This document shows, piece by piece, positions 12,270 to 25,445 of a stretch of 64,000 nucleotides of DNA (within the stretch, counting starts at the first letter, position 1; each line of letters opens with the position of its first letter). Both the position numbers and the translations under genes were made by a program. The DNA comes from Octopus vulgaris (lineage: Eukaryota): assembly GCA_951406725.2 (NCBI GenBank), contig OX597818.1, forward strand, positions 113,274,001-113,338,000, given 5' to 3'. The notes beneath the pieces are model-generated. The model saw only the letters and a program-made list of their open reading frames with translations, did not search any database and was not told the DNA's origin.

Positions 12270-13260
12270 TTGAATGTGTATTTTTTGCGAGGATGCATAA
12301 GGACGATTTTTCTTTCATGTTTAAGATGTGGTTAGACTTGGCATCTAGAAATTTTTCTCTATGTATAGTTGACAGTGGCAATCTTGGGTGTTGGAAGACA
12401 ATTGTTTTGTAATGAAACTCATCTTTATCTGGACTTGCTTATTTCCCGTGTCTTTTATAAACCAAATAGATTTTGAAACTATTTCTGACATTTATCTAAT
12501 GTCCCTGCTGCATGCATCTAGCTGGAAGATACCTTTGTTGCCCTGATGCGCAACGTTGCAATAGTCATGTCGATTCATCATGTATAAGCTTTAATTTCAT
12601 ATGCAAACGACATATATTCGTGTTTGTAATTGACGTTTAGCTGAGTTTTTTCAGTTTTGTCTGATATGGTTCGTCGTGACTAAACCTATCCCATTCGTTG
12701 GATGATTTGCACCTGTTATTAAATGACTGTGGCTTTTCACACTGAAGCAGACTGATTTAGCCTGAGATTAAATTTCATGTTAGATGTGTTTCTAGAATGT
12801 TCAGCAGAGGTGGGAGTTTTGTTGAGCAAAATGAATGAATATTTCATCTCGAAACTGACGGGCATCCAGTTTTTTTACCGGTTAAACGACTGCCGGTATT
12901 AACAGAAATTTCTTCAATTTGCTATGTATGTGAACTTGAGAGATGAATACCAATCCCCTTAAGGAAGGTTCCAGCAAAAAATGAGAAATCATTTAAATTT
13001 CAAGACATGTGTATTATATCCTTTTTCTGGATCTACGCTTAGATTTTGTTGTCGTGTGTTCTTGCTCTTTGTATCTAAGCTTAGATCTCAGGCCACTTTT
13101 AGTTTAATTTGCATTTCAATATGGAGTAACTTTGGGATATATTTTGTCGTTTCATGATAGGTAAGATATTCGTCTACAAACGGTGTTTCTGCAATGTTTG
13201 TGGATTTCAAATGATGGAAACATGTTTGAGGTTCTATTTAAAATATCACAGGTTTATTGT
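12270..13260 (-). mobile_element. Highly decayed PLE (RT thumb, linker and GIY-YIG C-terminus)
   Basis: Across frameshifts: NRTSN...VCRRISYLS*ND (thumb-like), then SKSIWFIKDTG...CHCQLYIEK..LDAKSNHILNMKE, paralleling YIWSLKDKG...CGLCDME...LNSRTE of the 32.9 kb copy. Confidence 0.55.
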
Positions 13261-13819
13261 TTTTAATAGTAACGGTGTGCAGGCTTCACTTTTGGGATTC
13301 ATCTAAGAAATATGCAAAGTTCACATTCAGTATTTGTTGCAATTTACAATTAGATTCTCTTAAAGGGCTAATTTTTATTTATAAAATAATCAGAGACAGT
13401 ATAAATGCATACGAAAACACAAACACAGATGCACATATATACATGAACATTGTTATATGCAAATATATGTCTCTCTCTCTCTCCATGTATATATGTATAT
13501 ACACACACATAGATACAAATATACCCATATGTGTGTATATATAAACATACATACATATATATATATGTATATACATATACATACATGCATGCATACACAC
13601 ATACATACATATATATATACTGATATATGCACACACTTATTAGTAGTTATTTTCTGATCTCTCTCAAGGAATGTTTATAACTAAATTCAATTAAAGATAA
13701 TTAATGTGAAACGCAATCTCTTTGTCGGCTCCAGTCTGTTTTCAATGCGTACCTTACCGTTTCCTTCTTGACAGGTAACAAATTAATACACACACATATA
13801 CATACATACATATATACAT

Positions 13820-13878
<59 letters not shown>

Positions 13879-14903
13879 AATGTGTGTTTATGTGTATTTG
13901 TTTGTGTATCGACAAAAGAACATAATACTTCATATTATGTGTGTCAGGAAAATATTGGTTGTAGGTATTGGATATGCGCAAATCTTCAATTGCTTCTGAG
14001 AATTCTTTAAATATTACCATAATTATTTTTCCTATTTGCCTTCTGTTTTGGCTAATTAAAATAATTAGGATTTGAAAAAGGAAACTAACATAAAGTATAT
14101 AGTTTACTAAAGTAAAACATATTGTTTACTAATAAAGTTAACATTTACTCTCCTCAATTTCTCAACCCTTCTCACTGTGTATAAATATATTCATCTGACT
14201 TAGCAATGGCTGATTGTTCTCTTTTTTTTTTCTTTCACAGTTTGTCTCACACAAACGCTTAAACACACTCAACATTCATCTCAATTGTAATTCAACTGTT
14301 CGCATTATAATTCTTTCTGTTGTTATCACTGTTTAAGTCACATATAAATTTTTTATATGTGAACACTTGTTTATCTGCAAACATATCTGTATCTCTGAGT
14401 GTTCGCATGTATGTATACATTCGTGTACGAATAACTGATAAATTCTGATGCATAAAATTCATGTCTATATATGTATTTGCCTTTCATCATTATTACGCCA
14501 TTTGTCTTTCATCATTATTCATCATTACGCATCCCTTTCATCATTATCTCTCGTTATTTATCTCTCTTGGAATATATATTTCTACCTGGTTATGTATTCA
14601 TGCTTTTGCCAATATTCGTTTCGACATTTCTCTCCAGTTGCTTAATTGTCAATCTATACACTATATAATTACCTATCATTATTTGAAGGAAACTGTAAGT
14701 TAATAAAACAAATAATATTTTTCAACATTTGCCAAATTTAGCGTTTGATCTGCTCTTTTCACAAACAATGAAGTTTGCTGAATACAATTAATGATTTCAA
14801 GCAATGTTGCTTAAAAATGTTTTCAGGAGCGTACGCAACATGGCTGTGAGTGCTTCTATCTGTGCTTGTGCACAAGTGTGGAACTGTAAAGGTGGCGAGT
14901 AAA

Positions 14904-15133
14904 GGCGGTGAGCTGGCAGAAACGTTAGCAGGCCGGGCGAAATGCTTTGCGGTATTTCGTCCACCTCTGAGTTCAAATTCCGCCGAGGTCGACTTTGCCT
15001 TTCATCCTTTCGGGGTCGATAAATTAAGTACCAGTTACACACTGGGGCCGATGTAATCGACTTAATCCGTTTGTCTGTCTTTGTTTGTCCCCTCTGTGCT
15101 TAGCCCCTTGTGGGTAGTAAAGAAATAGGTATT
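14904..15133 (+). mobile_element. SINE family A (A1 tail), full length
   Basis: Near-identical reverse complement of the 10.2, 17.6 and 48.7 kb copies; A-box TGGCAGAAACGTT and B-box GAGTTCAAATTCC. Confidence 0.93.
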
Positions 15134-15564
15134 AGTATTCAACTAGTTGCAAGTTGCGTGAGAGTAAGCAGAGTTTAGCTGGAAAACATAACCCTTCCCC
15201 CCGGGTAAATCCCGTCACCGTCTCATTGCCTTGATACTGGAGGAAAGAATTCAGAAGATACGATATGGGTCTCATTGCTCACGATCTCCAAGATCATACA
15301 AGATTACAGAAAGTTGGTGCGTATAACTGAGGTGGGGTAGCGCAGTTCTATCTGTTATTCCTCGCGTTCACTATTTCATGTTGGATAAAGTTCTTCTCGT
15401 CGGAGAAGAACCAGAGCATGTCCTCCTGATAGATAGATAGATTCATATATGTATGTGTGTAAATGTACATATATAAATGAGTGTTTGTATCTGCCAGCAC
15501 TTTTAATCCTATTTTTCTTTTATATACATACATATATATAAATAAATATATATATATATATACA

Positions 15565-16085
15565 CTAGCAGTATCGCCCGGCATTGCTCGGGTTTGTAAG
15601 GGAAATAACTATATAAGCATTTTTAAAGAGTTACTTCCTTTATAGATGCCAATTCGGGCTTTCTTAGCCATTTCTGTTTTGGTGTCTTGAAGCCATGAAG
15701 TCGTTGTTCTAAAATAACGCTGGTCTCTTTGACAACGCATTACGACGTTGATTTCCTTAAACTCCCTTCCCCACAGCTTCACGAGGGAGGGAAGAAGGGG
15801 AGAAGCAAACACAGGTGCAGGTGTTTGAGCGTGGACGCCAACTCCGCCGCCATCGACACACGAAAAATTATGCATTAAAATGGAATAAAAAATGATGTTA
15901 AATTATTTTTAAAATCGTAGACTCATCGTCGACGCGCGCTAATAGTCAGACGGGCTCGATATGAATCACGACTATAAGATACCCGAATTTGGTTAAACTG
16001 CACCGCAAAATGTGGGAGGAGTTAGGAATCTAAATCGTAGGAGACAGACACTCACACAACTACAGTTTTATATATATTAGTTAGA
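15565..16085 (-). mobile_element. Non-autonomous Helitron-like element, copy 1
   Basis: Minus strand starts TCTAACTAATATATATAAAACTGTAG and ends CCCGAGCAATGCCGGGCGATACTGCTAG-T (subterminal GC hairpin plus CTAG); homologous to 35748-36373. Confidence 0.82.
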
Positions 16086-16396
16086 AATATTGCATTTCTA
16101 AACCTCTCGGAGAGACACAGAACGCCTGTGTCACGCAGGCCAACCGGAAACGGCGTTTCCTGGGTATAAATAGCAGTAGCATTGCTCTTTTTCCTGGGAT
16201 TGTCACATTAAGTTGCCAACAAACCATGACTATACATATATATAGCAAATAAAAGACAGAAGATGGAATATACAAGAATTTCTTATTAATCACTGTGAAA
16301 GTGACCGTGTTTTACCAGTGAGCTACCTAGTGTAAATCATTCGCTTTATTATCCAATATAGATATATATATGTTCGTGTGTGTGTGTGTATGAAAA

Positions 16397-16695
16397 TTGG
16401 CGCCCTCTTGGTTACGACCATCAGGGTTTCAGTTGAGACGATCAACAAAACAACCTCTTCGTGAAATAAATGCCCAAGTGACTGAAAATGTCATATATAC
16501 ACACGTACTCTTAAAGCAGTTGTTAAGGAGATTCAGCATAGCACAGAGTTTGGCAAGGCTGGCCCTTTGAATGTCAGATATTACTCACTAGAACGATGCG
16601 AAATAAAGTATTCTGCTCAAGGACACAACATACTCCCAGGAATCGAACTCATGATCATACGATCCTGAGTCGAATACCATAGCCACTAAGCCACG
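16397..16695 (-). mobile_element. tRNA-derived SINE family D (CORE-like body), decayed
   Basis: Minus strand GTGGCTTAGTGGCTA...GAGTTCGATTCC head followed by TTGTGTCCTTGAGCAG..TACTTTATTTC; related to 48585-48960. Confidence 0.7.
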
Positions 16696-17593
16696 CAAGT
16701 TATCAAAAGTACTTCTGCCGGAAACCTATTGGTGCGAAAATTACTAACCGAAAGATAATTTGGTCGATAACGTATTAATCAACTTAAATTACATTCATGA
16801 TTATTGTCGACTATTTTCTAAAGAATTTATATTTTTGAAATAATAAACACATTTCAACCAAGTTTGAGAGGAAAACCTTAGAATATTCTGTATAACAATA
16901 CCACCTACGCAAAAACCCGCTCCCAACCTAGCAATGTATTACGGAGCTGAACGGCTCACGTCACGCGATACATATTTCAGATTTAGAGACACTGATAAGA
17001 CTTGTCACAATCAAACCAATCAATGCTATTAAAATATTTATAAGCAATATAAGCTGAATTCCTTCGAAAACCCAAGAATGCGCTCATTTCGCATTATGGA
17101 AATAAAATGCATATTTTATAACTTGTACAACCAACTGCATAGTTCTACAACTTGTCATTGTTCGTAACTTGTTACATATTAGTCTCTAGTTTTGAATGTA
17201 AATTCAAATTTTCAGCAAATTTCGCCTTCCTCTCCATGTATAATACATTACCATTTTTTCTCTTTCGAAGAAAAATCCAATTTGTTTTACGACAAACGGA
17301 TTTGAATTATGAAGCATTAACCTCTACCATTCCACTGTAGCATGAGGGCTACTGTATCGGTGAAAAGTTCTGACATCATTGTTGTAGATATTTTAAACAA
17401 GCTCTTTTTTAAATTTCCACACATAAAATGGGGTCAGCGTTGACAAATTGTTAATGTATGACATTACCATGAAACATACGAAACGATATCCTAATCGCCC
17501 CCACTCTCTTTTGAATGTTTTTGATTCTAAATTAACATCTGATTCAACTTAAACATGTTAACTTAACCATGACACCCAGTAGAACACCTAATA

Positions 17594-17827
17594 AATATTT
17601 TTTTACTACCCACAAGGAGCCAAACACAGAGAGGACAAACAAGGACAGACAAACGGATTAAGTCGATTACATCGACCCCAGTGCGTAACTGGTACTTAAT
17701 TTATCGACCCCGAAAGGATGAAAGGCAAAGTTGATCCCGGCGGAATTTGAACTCAGAACGTAACGGCAGACGAAATACCGCTAAGCATTTCGCCCGGCGT
17801 GCCAACGTTTCTGCCAGCTCGCCGCCT
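17594..17827 (-). mobile_element. SINE family A (A1) with 13-bp target-site duplication (TSD)
   Basis: Full-length copy flanked by AGAACACCTAATA at 17581-17593 and 17831-17843. Confidence 0.93.
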
Positions 17828-18574
17828 TCCAGAACACCTAATACAACACTCCCTTTCATATATACATAAGTGTTCCAGCAATCCTCAATTATAATATTCA
17901 ATTTTATATAATGTTTAGTTATGAATCCGTGATTTCACTTCCAATAAACCAGTCTATAAAGACAGTCTCAATTGTTACAATGAGGTCTGCAGCCTCTTCT
18001 GTTGTTTTGGAAAAAAGAAGTAAATAATGAAAACAATAACCCACCACAATTAACAAATTAAACTAGCCATATATATTGGTATTCCTCTTAACTTACAATT
18101 AACTACCAGTGTCATCAAACCCTGCTGTTAGTCAAGCATTTTCCATCACAACTCGAATAATCTTCTATTTATAGTAGAAGTTCTGTTATACAGAAGTTTG
18201 GGAAATTTTCAGAAAAATTTAAACAATGCAATTTATTCCAACTGACAACTAGCAGCATAACATTCAACAACATCACTCGAAACCGGTCCAAATGCAAATT
18301 TTCGGGAACTGAGATTCTCTAAAAACTGTACTCGCCGCGTTGGTTAATTCTTTCATAAGTATAATAGATTGAACGTGCAAAAGCTGATAAAAAAATCTCA
18401 GGACTGTAGCTATGTTAACGGAGCTAAAGTAGGCAGTCAAGCCGTTTGGCACAAAATGACCGTGAACTCTGTCGCACATGCGATGTAAGTTGTAACGTTC
18501 TCGCTCACACGTTGTTTACAGCTGTGTTTGAAAGTAAAGTGTGTACAATTTGGTCGTCTCACCAGAATTGCATT

Positions 18575-18968
18575 CGCCCGATGAGTGGCACCTCGGCCAT
18601 AACAACGCACCTGTACATTCAGCGCAGCTTGTGCAGCACTTTTTGGCCAAACCCAATTCCTTGTCCCAACCGTTACCATATTTCACAGGCCTCGCCCCAT
18701 GCGACTTTTACTCTTTCCAAAACTCAAACCCCGCTTCAGAGGAACAGATTTGAAGACACCAAGGAAATCCAACAGAATGCGAGGAGGCAGATGCTTGCTC
18801 CCTCCCCCCAACACACACACACACAAAGGAGCTCCAGCAATGCTTCTGTTAGTGGAAACAACGCTGGATAAAATCTGTGGCTTCGGAAAAAGATTAAATG
18901 ACCAGTTGATACGTGTTGTAGCTTTCGTTTTATAGCATCAGTCCCGATACTTTTTGATCAGTTCTCGG
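18575..18968 (+). mobile_element. Mariner transposase C-terminal remnant with right TIR
   Basis: WHLGHNNAPVHSAQLVQHFLAK...PY.TGLAPCDF.LFPKLK...KEIQQN...QQCF..WKQRW (HDNAP.H and YSPDLAP.DF motifs, frameshifted); ends CAGTCCCGATACTTTTTGATCAG. Confidence 0.88.
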
Positions 18969-19500
18969 ATGAAGTACATATCGGCATTATAGTCAAGAAT
19001 ATTGATTTCACTCATATAAATAGAAAATTGTTTATTTCTTGAAATCATACTCCGAAAACATGAACTTTGCCAATCTTGTACAGACTTGAGTTAGCAAAAA
19101 TGTCAAACATCCTTTTATGCATATTTTCCCATTCCCAACGCTCTAAACCATCCTTATACACCAAATGTAATATTCATCCCGATTTTCTTTGCAACATTCA
19201 CACAATAATACAAGTTTCTTTTTTTTCATATATTTCTATACACTTTTAAGTATAAATTCTATCCAATATTTCAGCAGCTGCTGTAGCTATTATTAATAAC
19301 ATAGCGGCCATTATATTGCCTATACATTTTAAATGAAACCAAAGAAATTTTCCTCGCCAATATAGCCGTTCTTCAAATATCATTAACCTTTAATTAGTCT
19401 AGTTCGTTAAACAACAACAGATACATATTCCATTGTTCCAGTCATCAACACCTCTCACCGAACACAATACATAATGGATATCTATTATTGAGCTTCCTAA

Positions 19501-19525
19501 CTATATATAGCGGTATGTGTATGTA

Positions 19526-19573
<48 letters not shown>

Positions 19574-19619
19574 TGTTTGTTGAGCATACATCCACACGCA
19601 CGCACACATACATACATAC

Positions 19620-19651
<32 letters not shown>

Positions 19652-19677
19652 TTGTGTGTGTATGTGTGTCTGTGTGG

Positions 19678-19710
<33 letters not shown>
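19501..19710. repeat. Compound (TA)n/(CA)n/(TG)n microsatellite
   Basis: Directly visible. Confidence 0.95.
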
Positions 19711-19800
19711 GATGCTCAAATTTAATTTATTTTCAAATATATGTTGTCTGATAATCTCTAATTTATGTTTTAAGATGCTTTCAGGATAGAAGTTGGTAAA

Positions 19801-20170
19801 TTATCCACTTTGCCATGTAAAGCATTTAATGGTTACACATTCAAAGACTGAGCGAAATACCATTGTATTGACCGGTTCCACTTGCGATTCCATATAGCAT
19901 TTCTTCAACAATGATTTTATCCTTTCGATTAAAGCCCAAAGTTTTGTTGAATGATCCTTATCACGGTACCTAAAATTCGAAGGATGGTTGTTATATCTGG
20001 ATTTAAATTTTCCTTCCACGTCTCCGATATAACGTTTGATCTTTGTACGATCCTTATCATAGTTCGCTGAAATCTGTGATTCGTAAATCATGGAAGGTAT
20101 ATAGCACTCTTACCCTAGAGTTCATTTAGATTTGTCTCTACAAGTGCATTCAGGGTGGGCTTCAGTCATC
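19801..20170 (-). mobile_element. PLE GIY-YIG endonuclease remnant
   Basis: ECTCRDKSK...MIYESQIS...KRYIGDVEGKFKSRYNNHPSNFRYRDKDHSTKL; same pattern as 32925-33320. Confidence 0.8.
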
Positions 20171-20986
20171 TGTTGCTTAATTTGGAAAAATTAAAGATGC
20201 AGGAATCTGTTTCCATATCAAATGGAAAATCCTCTCCAAAGTCAGATCCTATATTACCGGATCCACAAAATGTTCAATATGTTCTCCGGAAAACTGTATT
20301 TCTAAAAAGTTGAGAATATCTAACGAATACATAAATTATAGGAACACATTTCAAAAAGGCACATCTTGGAATTAAAAAGGAGACCAGCAAACATTTAGTA
20401 AACCATTAAAATCCTGTTTAGGTCAGCTTGATATCAAATTATTGTAACATTGGCTATATTTGCGGCTTTTCTCTTGTCTTCTTCCCTATCAGCGTCTCTT
20501 ATTTAAACGGCATATTCTCATAAGACAACGGACGAACGGTCTTGTTTTCAGCTTGATAAATGGCTAAATAAATTATTTTTTCGAACAAGAATACCTGGGT
20601 AGCTGTATTTTACAAGATTTATGGTTTGATTATAAAATTATTTTTAGTCCCTGGGCTGACCTAGAGATTTTCTTCATGTTGTGCACATATACATACCCAT
20701 ATTTAACTATGTGCACAAATGCAAATATGCATAAATATTTGTACTTTATTATGGGTATGTTATAATCAACTCTTTTAGACTTAAGTTGTTTATGCAGCCG
20801 TGCATTTAAATTGATGTAATGATTGCATAGTTCAATTAAATGGAGCCGCTTGAAACGGTCGTACTGTATCATCTCTTGGTATCCTGTTGCATATTTTAAT
20901 TTTATTCAACTTTGAGTTGTACAGACAATAATGCACTGACTTGGTGCTTCAACTTAAGTACCTTATTCAACTGAATCTCAATTATT

Positions 20987-21157
<171 letters not shown>

Positions 21158-22237
21158 ACGTTGAATATTGAGGCTGCTAGTGCTATAAATAATTGTGTAA
21201 ATTTGGAGTAAAAATCAGCGTGGATAGACAAAGTCGAAGACTGCCCGTTACATCTGTAAATATGATAGACTTTCTACCATTAGACCAAAGTCAATCTTTC
21301 GAAATTCTCCACCCATTTGAAAAACTTAGTTCTTTACAGCGAGAACTGTGTATTCATAAGAATTTAGGAAGTTCGAACGGGAAGCTTTCGACATTTTCGA
21401 GCCAAATGATCTTAACCCAAATAGATTTAATTTAAACAATTTTTGACCAATATTTACACGCTTTCATTGATAGCTTTATCTGCTTCGAGTTTTAGAGATA
21501 ATTTCGTAATTTCAACGCAAATAGTAAACAGCGGGACAACCCACACAAATCATTTTCCCTGACACCCTACCTATTCTACTAATCCACCACAATTTGGTTA
21601 TAGTCATATTAACGGCAATTTCAGCTAATATTTTTTAACCAGTATTACAGAAACCTATGTTTAAATTTCAGGATTATTCTGATAATAAATATTTGTGCGA
21701 AACGATGCTCGTAATGTCTGACAGTAGAAAATGTGAAACAATAAATTTTAAACGTTTATCGCTTGTGATAGTATTAAGATATAAAACTTTGGGATAAAAT
21801 TTTGTGATAAAACAACGTGACGAGAGAGACAAAGTAAGACACATCGTGATATACATAGAAAGAGATTGAGTTTGAAGGCACAGTAAAGAAACATAAAGGT
21901 ATGATACAGAATGTAAAAAGAAACTGATCAAGATCTATATATCAAAGGATAGCACAGCATTTGGAAAGCAAGAAAGAATTTTAGCGTTTATTACAGAGGA
22001 TCGCCAAAAGATAAGCACGAAAGATGTTTAAACAAATAGTAAATAGTACTTTTTTTTGGTTTGCTTTGGTAATTCAAGTGAATTTGAGGAGGGGTTGAGT
22101 TAAAATGAAAGAGGGAATACTTTATGATGATGGAAACGTTGAAATGAACATTATATGGACATATATGTGTATGGCTGCATTTACACGAATATTTAACGAT
22201 ACAAGAATGTTTATGTGTAAATAAATATAAACGAATT

Positions 22238-22456
22238 TATAATCTTTTCTACTCGAGGCAGAAGGCCCCAATTTTGGGGAGGAAGCGGCCCAGTCGATTA
22301 GATCAACCGCAGTACGCAACTGGTACTTAATTTATCGACCTAGAAAGGATGAAAGGCAAAGTCGACATCGGGGAATTTGAAATCAGGACGCAAAGACGGA
22401 CGAAATGTCGCAAAGCATTTTGCCGGGCGTGCTAACGACTCTGCCAGCTGGCCGCT
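22238..22456 (-). mobile_element. SINE family A (A2 tail)
   Basis: Same head and central block as A1 but a different tail (CCCCAAAATTGGGCCTTCTGCCTCGAGTAGAAAAGATTAT). Confidence 0.88.
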
Positions 22457-22517
22457 TTAATAATAGAATTTACAATGAAATTCATAACGATATATATGTG
22501 TATATGTATATATATAA

Positions 22518-22571
<54 letters not shown>

Positions 22572-22574
<3 letters not shown>

Positions 22575-22990
22575 CGCAGGAGTGGCTGTATGGTAAGCAG
22601 CTTGCTAACCAACCACACGGTTCCGGGTTCAGTCCCTCTGCCTGGCGTCTTGGGCAAGTGTCTTCTGCTATAGCCCCGGGCCGACCAATGCCTTGTGAGT
22701 GGATTTGGTAGACGGAAACTGAAAGAAGCCTGTCGTATATATGTATATATATAAGTGTGTGTGTGTATATGTTTGTGCGTCTGTGTTTGTCCCCCTAGCA
22801 TTGCTTGACAACCGATACTGGTGTGTTTACGTCCCCGTTACTTAGCGGTTCGGCAAAAGAGACCTATAGAATAAGTACTGGGCTTACAAAGAATAAGTCC
22901 CGGGGTCGATTTGCTCGACTAAAGGCGGTGCTCCAGCATGGCCGCAGTCAAATGACTGAAACAAGTAAAAGAGTAAAAAGAGTAAAAGAG
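22572..22990 (+). mobile_element. tRNA-derived SINE family B, full length, with LINE-derived 3' tail
   Basis: A-box TGGCTGTATGG, B-box GGTTCAGTCC, CORE-like CTTGGGCAAGTGTCTT, internal TA/TG tract, tail GGCGGTGCTCCAGCATGGCCGCAGTCAAATGACTGAAAC and short GTAAAAGA repeats. Confidence 0.92.
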
Positions 22991-23021
<31 letters not shown>

Positions 23022-23989
23022 AAATAGAAAGATGAATTTTCTTGTTACAGATTATTCAAAAGTTTAACAGTTCAGCCATGGGCTCTTAAAGAGCCTCCTC
23101 GTTCGAATTGCTGCGCCTCTATTCTGTTTTGTTCTGTCAACGGAATTCCTGTTTTTTCCTGATGAGAAAGCCACAATGTGGTACCCTTATTTAATCAGAA
23201 TTTGGAAATCTGTGGCCTTTGAAACATGTGTAGAATGTAATAAAAGGAATTCTGTACAATCTTCGTTCAACTCCATTTCTTCCATTCAATAATAATATAT
23301 ATATATATATATATATGTATATGTGTGTGTGAAAGTATATATATATATATGCGTGTTTATCGTCGCACGTGTGTGCGTGTATGGATACATCTATGTACGC
23401 ATATAACTTAGTAAACCGAATAAAATGTGTGAGTGGTGGGTAATATTTTTGGGCTTTCACTTTTCTTATCTTGTTCCGATTTGTTTTTCACTGTGGTGTC
23501 TCACATAAACATTGATGGAGTGATAGATATGTTTATTCATATGCATAAATGTGTGCCTGCGCACGTGTCTAAATATAGAGATAAATAGGTAGATGTTTAG
23601 ATAGATAAGGGAAAATACTAACAGTATAAATTGTTCTGTCTTTGAGATTGTTTCGTTTTTTCTTTACGATTCCTTTCATTACCATTGATATAGTACTGTT
23701 AAGTCACTTTTATGCTCATTTTCATACTATTTGAATTAACTTGTGGATTAGATTACAAAGGTTTTGTCTTCGCATTATGGGAACCACCTTTATGTTGCAT
23801 CTACCAAGGCGGTCAGTGAAACAATATGGAAGTAGAAACGTAAGTGAAACCCGAAAAGAGGCCCGGATATTTGTCGTTATATAATGTACCAAGTACCGGT
23901 TTTTGATGTTGGCACAGGCGCCGGATAAACATTAACCATTAGATAAAACATGGCGGAATTTGAACTCAGTACCCACAGCTGTAGTGATT

Positions 23990-24566
23990 GAGTAAACGTT
24001 GGCAGACCTCAACACGTTTGCGCTTGTTCCCTGCAGTAAGCTCTCTTGGTACCCATCTTGCACAGCTGAGCTCATCGAGGATGATTTGGTAAACAGAACC
24101 ATGACGAATCTGCAGAGAACGAGCTACCTCATCGATGATAACTCATCGTTTCACCATTGCTATCTCTCGAGCTTGCTGAATTTTCTCGTCAGTGTTGGAA
24201 GTTGACGGGCTTTCTGCTTCCCCTTCGTGCGTAACCCTTGTCCGGTCACTTTTAAACTTTTCGGACTTCTACGCGGTAGTTCACTGTCCCCGTATTGAGC
24301 TAAAAGCCTCCGATGAATTTCAGCACCTGACAAACGTTCGACCAGAGAAATCGGATCACTGCTCTTTGTTCTTCTTTGGTGCACATTTCTAGTGGAGCGG
24401 CCACGCTTACACAGTAAAACCAGAAAGAAAAATGGCGCGATCAGGTTCAAACTTCTATCACGTGACTACAACAGTACCAGCTATAAGCATCCATGCGCAG
24501 AACGCAATGTGACAATAATAAAGATATGTTATGACGAAAGTGCAGATAATGTTTGACTTCTCTTAT
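23990..24566 (-). mobile_element. Mariner element 5' half (TIR, HTH domains, WVPREL linker)
   Basis: CTKEEQRAVIRFLW..SGAEIHRRLLAQYGD...IDEVARSLQIRHGSVYQII.DELSCARWVPRELT across frameshifts; TIR-like TATAAGAGAAGTCAAACATTATCTGC near 24541-24566. Confidence 0.85.
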
Positions 24567-25317
24567 ATGTGTGTGTGTGTATATGTGTGTGTGTATGTTT
24601 GCATATGTGTTTTTTGTATTCATATGACTGTGCATTCTTTCCCTTGTATCAAACTGATTCCTTAATAGGTTTCTTCGTGTGAATATTTTGCTCTTTACTC
24701 TGTTGTCTCCTACTATCAGTGAATTGATGTGCCTCACTTTTAGAAACATTTTAAGCAATCTCATAAGTAGAGAAATTACGAATGGCTTTTCTTAATGATT
24801 TGAAATCACACTAATTTTTCGAAACTCTAATCATCTCTGCTTTATCATTCGTTCTTACATTCAACTCAAAACATTTCCGCCATGATGTTTCTTACATTTT
24901 ACTTATTCTGACGTTGTGTTGACGGCTTTCGTTATTGTAGCTAATCTAATTTCCATCCTTCATTTAATGGTCACCAGTACATCTGAGCAGAATTCCCTCA
25001 GCGTCGAGCATTATCGCACCTCTTTCATATATTTCTTTTGGTGCTATGTTACTATATATCACTGACTCGGAACGTTTGCATAAGTTGAAGGGTAAAACGC
25101 TGTTTTAAAATATATATTATATATGAATAAAAGCGGGGCACTTTACCTTGTGACTATTCCATAAATTTTTATAGAAGGTTCTTAGTCTATTAAATAGAGT
25201 GCTTTTTTTTTCTTATAGTCATTTCAAAATTCCCGGTTGAGCGGAGAACGGAGGTAATATGTAATATTTGAAGTAAGAACTACGCCCCTTACCTGTGCCA
25301 CTATATATCTACCGTGG

Positions 25318-25445
25318 ATCCGCAATGACCTAGTGATTAGGGCAGCGGACTCGCGGTCGTAGGATCGCGGTTTCGATTCCCAGATCGGCCGTTGTGACTG
25401 TTTATTGAGCGAAAACACCTAAATCTCCATGAGGCTTCAGCAGTG
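25318..25445 (+). mobile_element. SINE family C, 5' part
   Basis: TGACCTAGTGATTAGGGCAGCGGACTCGCGGTCGTAGGATCGCGGTTTCGATTCC head matches the 52765-53072 copy. Confidence 0.8.

Noticed and set aside
14904-14985. tRNA-like A/B boxes in SINE heads (also 22572, 25318, 53072)
   Set aside because: No complete cloverleaf; each continues into a SINE body, so these are not tRNA genes.
16120-16200. GC-rich patch followed by TATAAATA (promoter/LTR-like)
   Set aside because: No associated gene, second LTR or other support.
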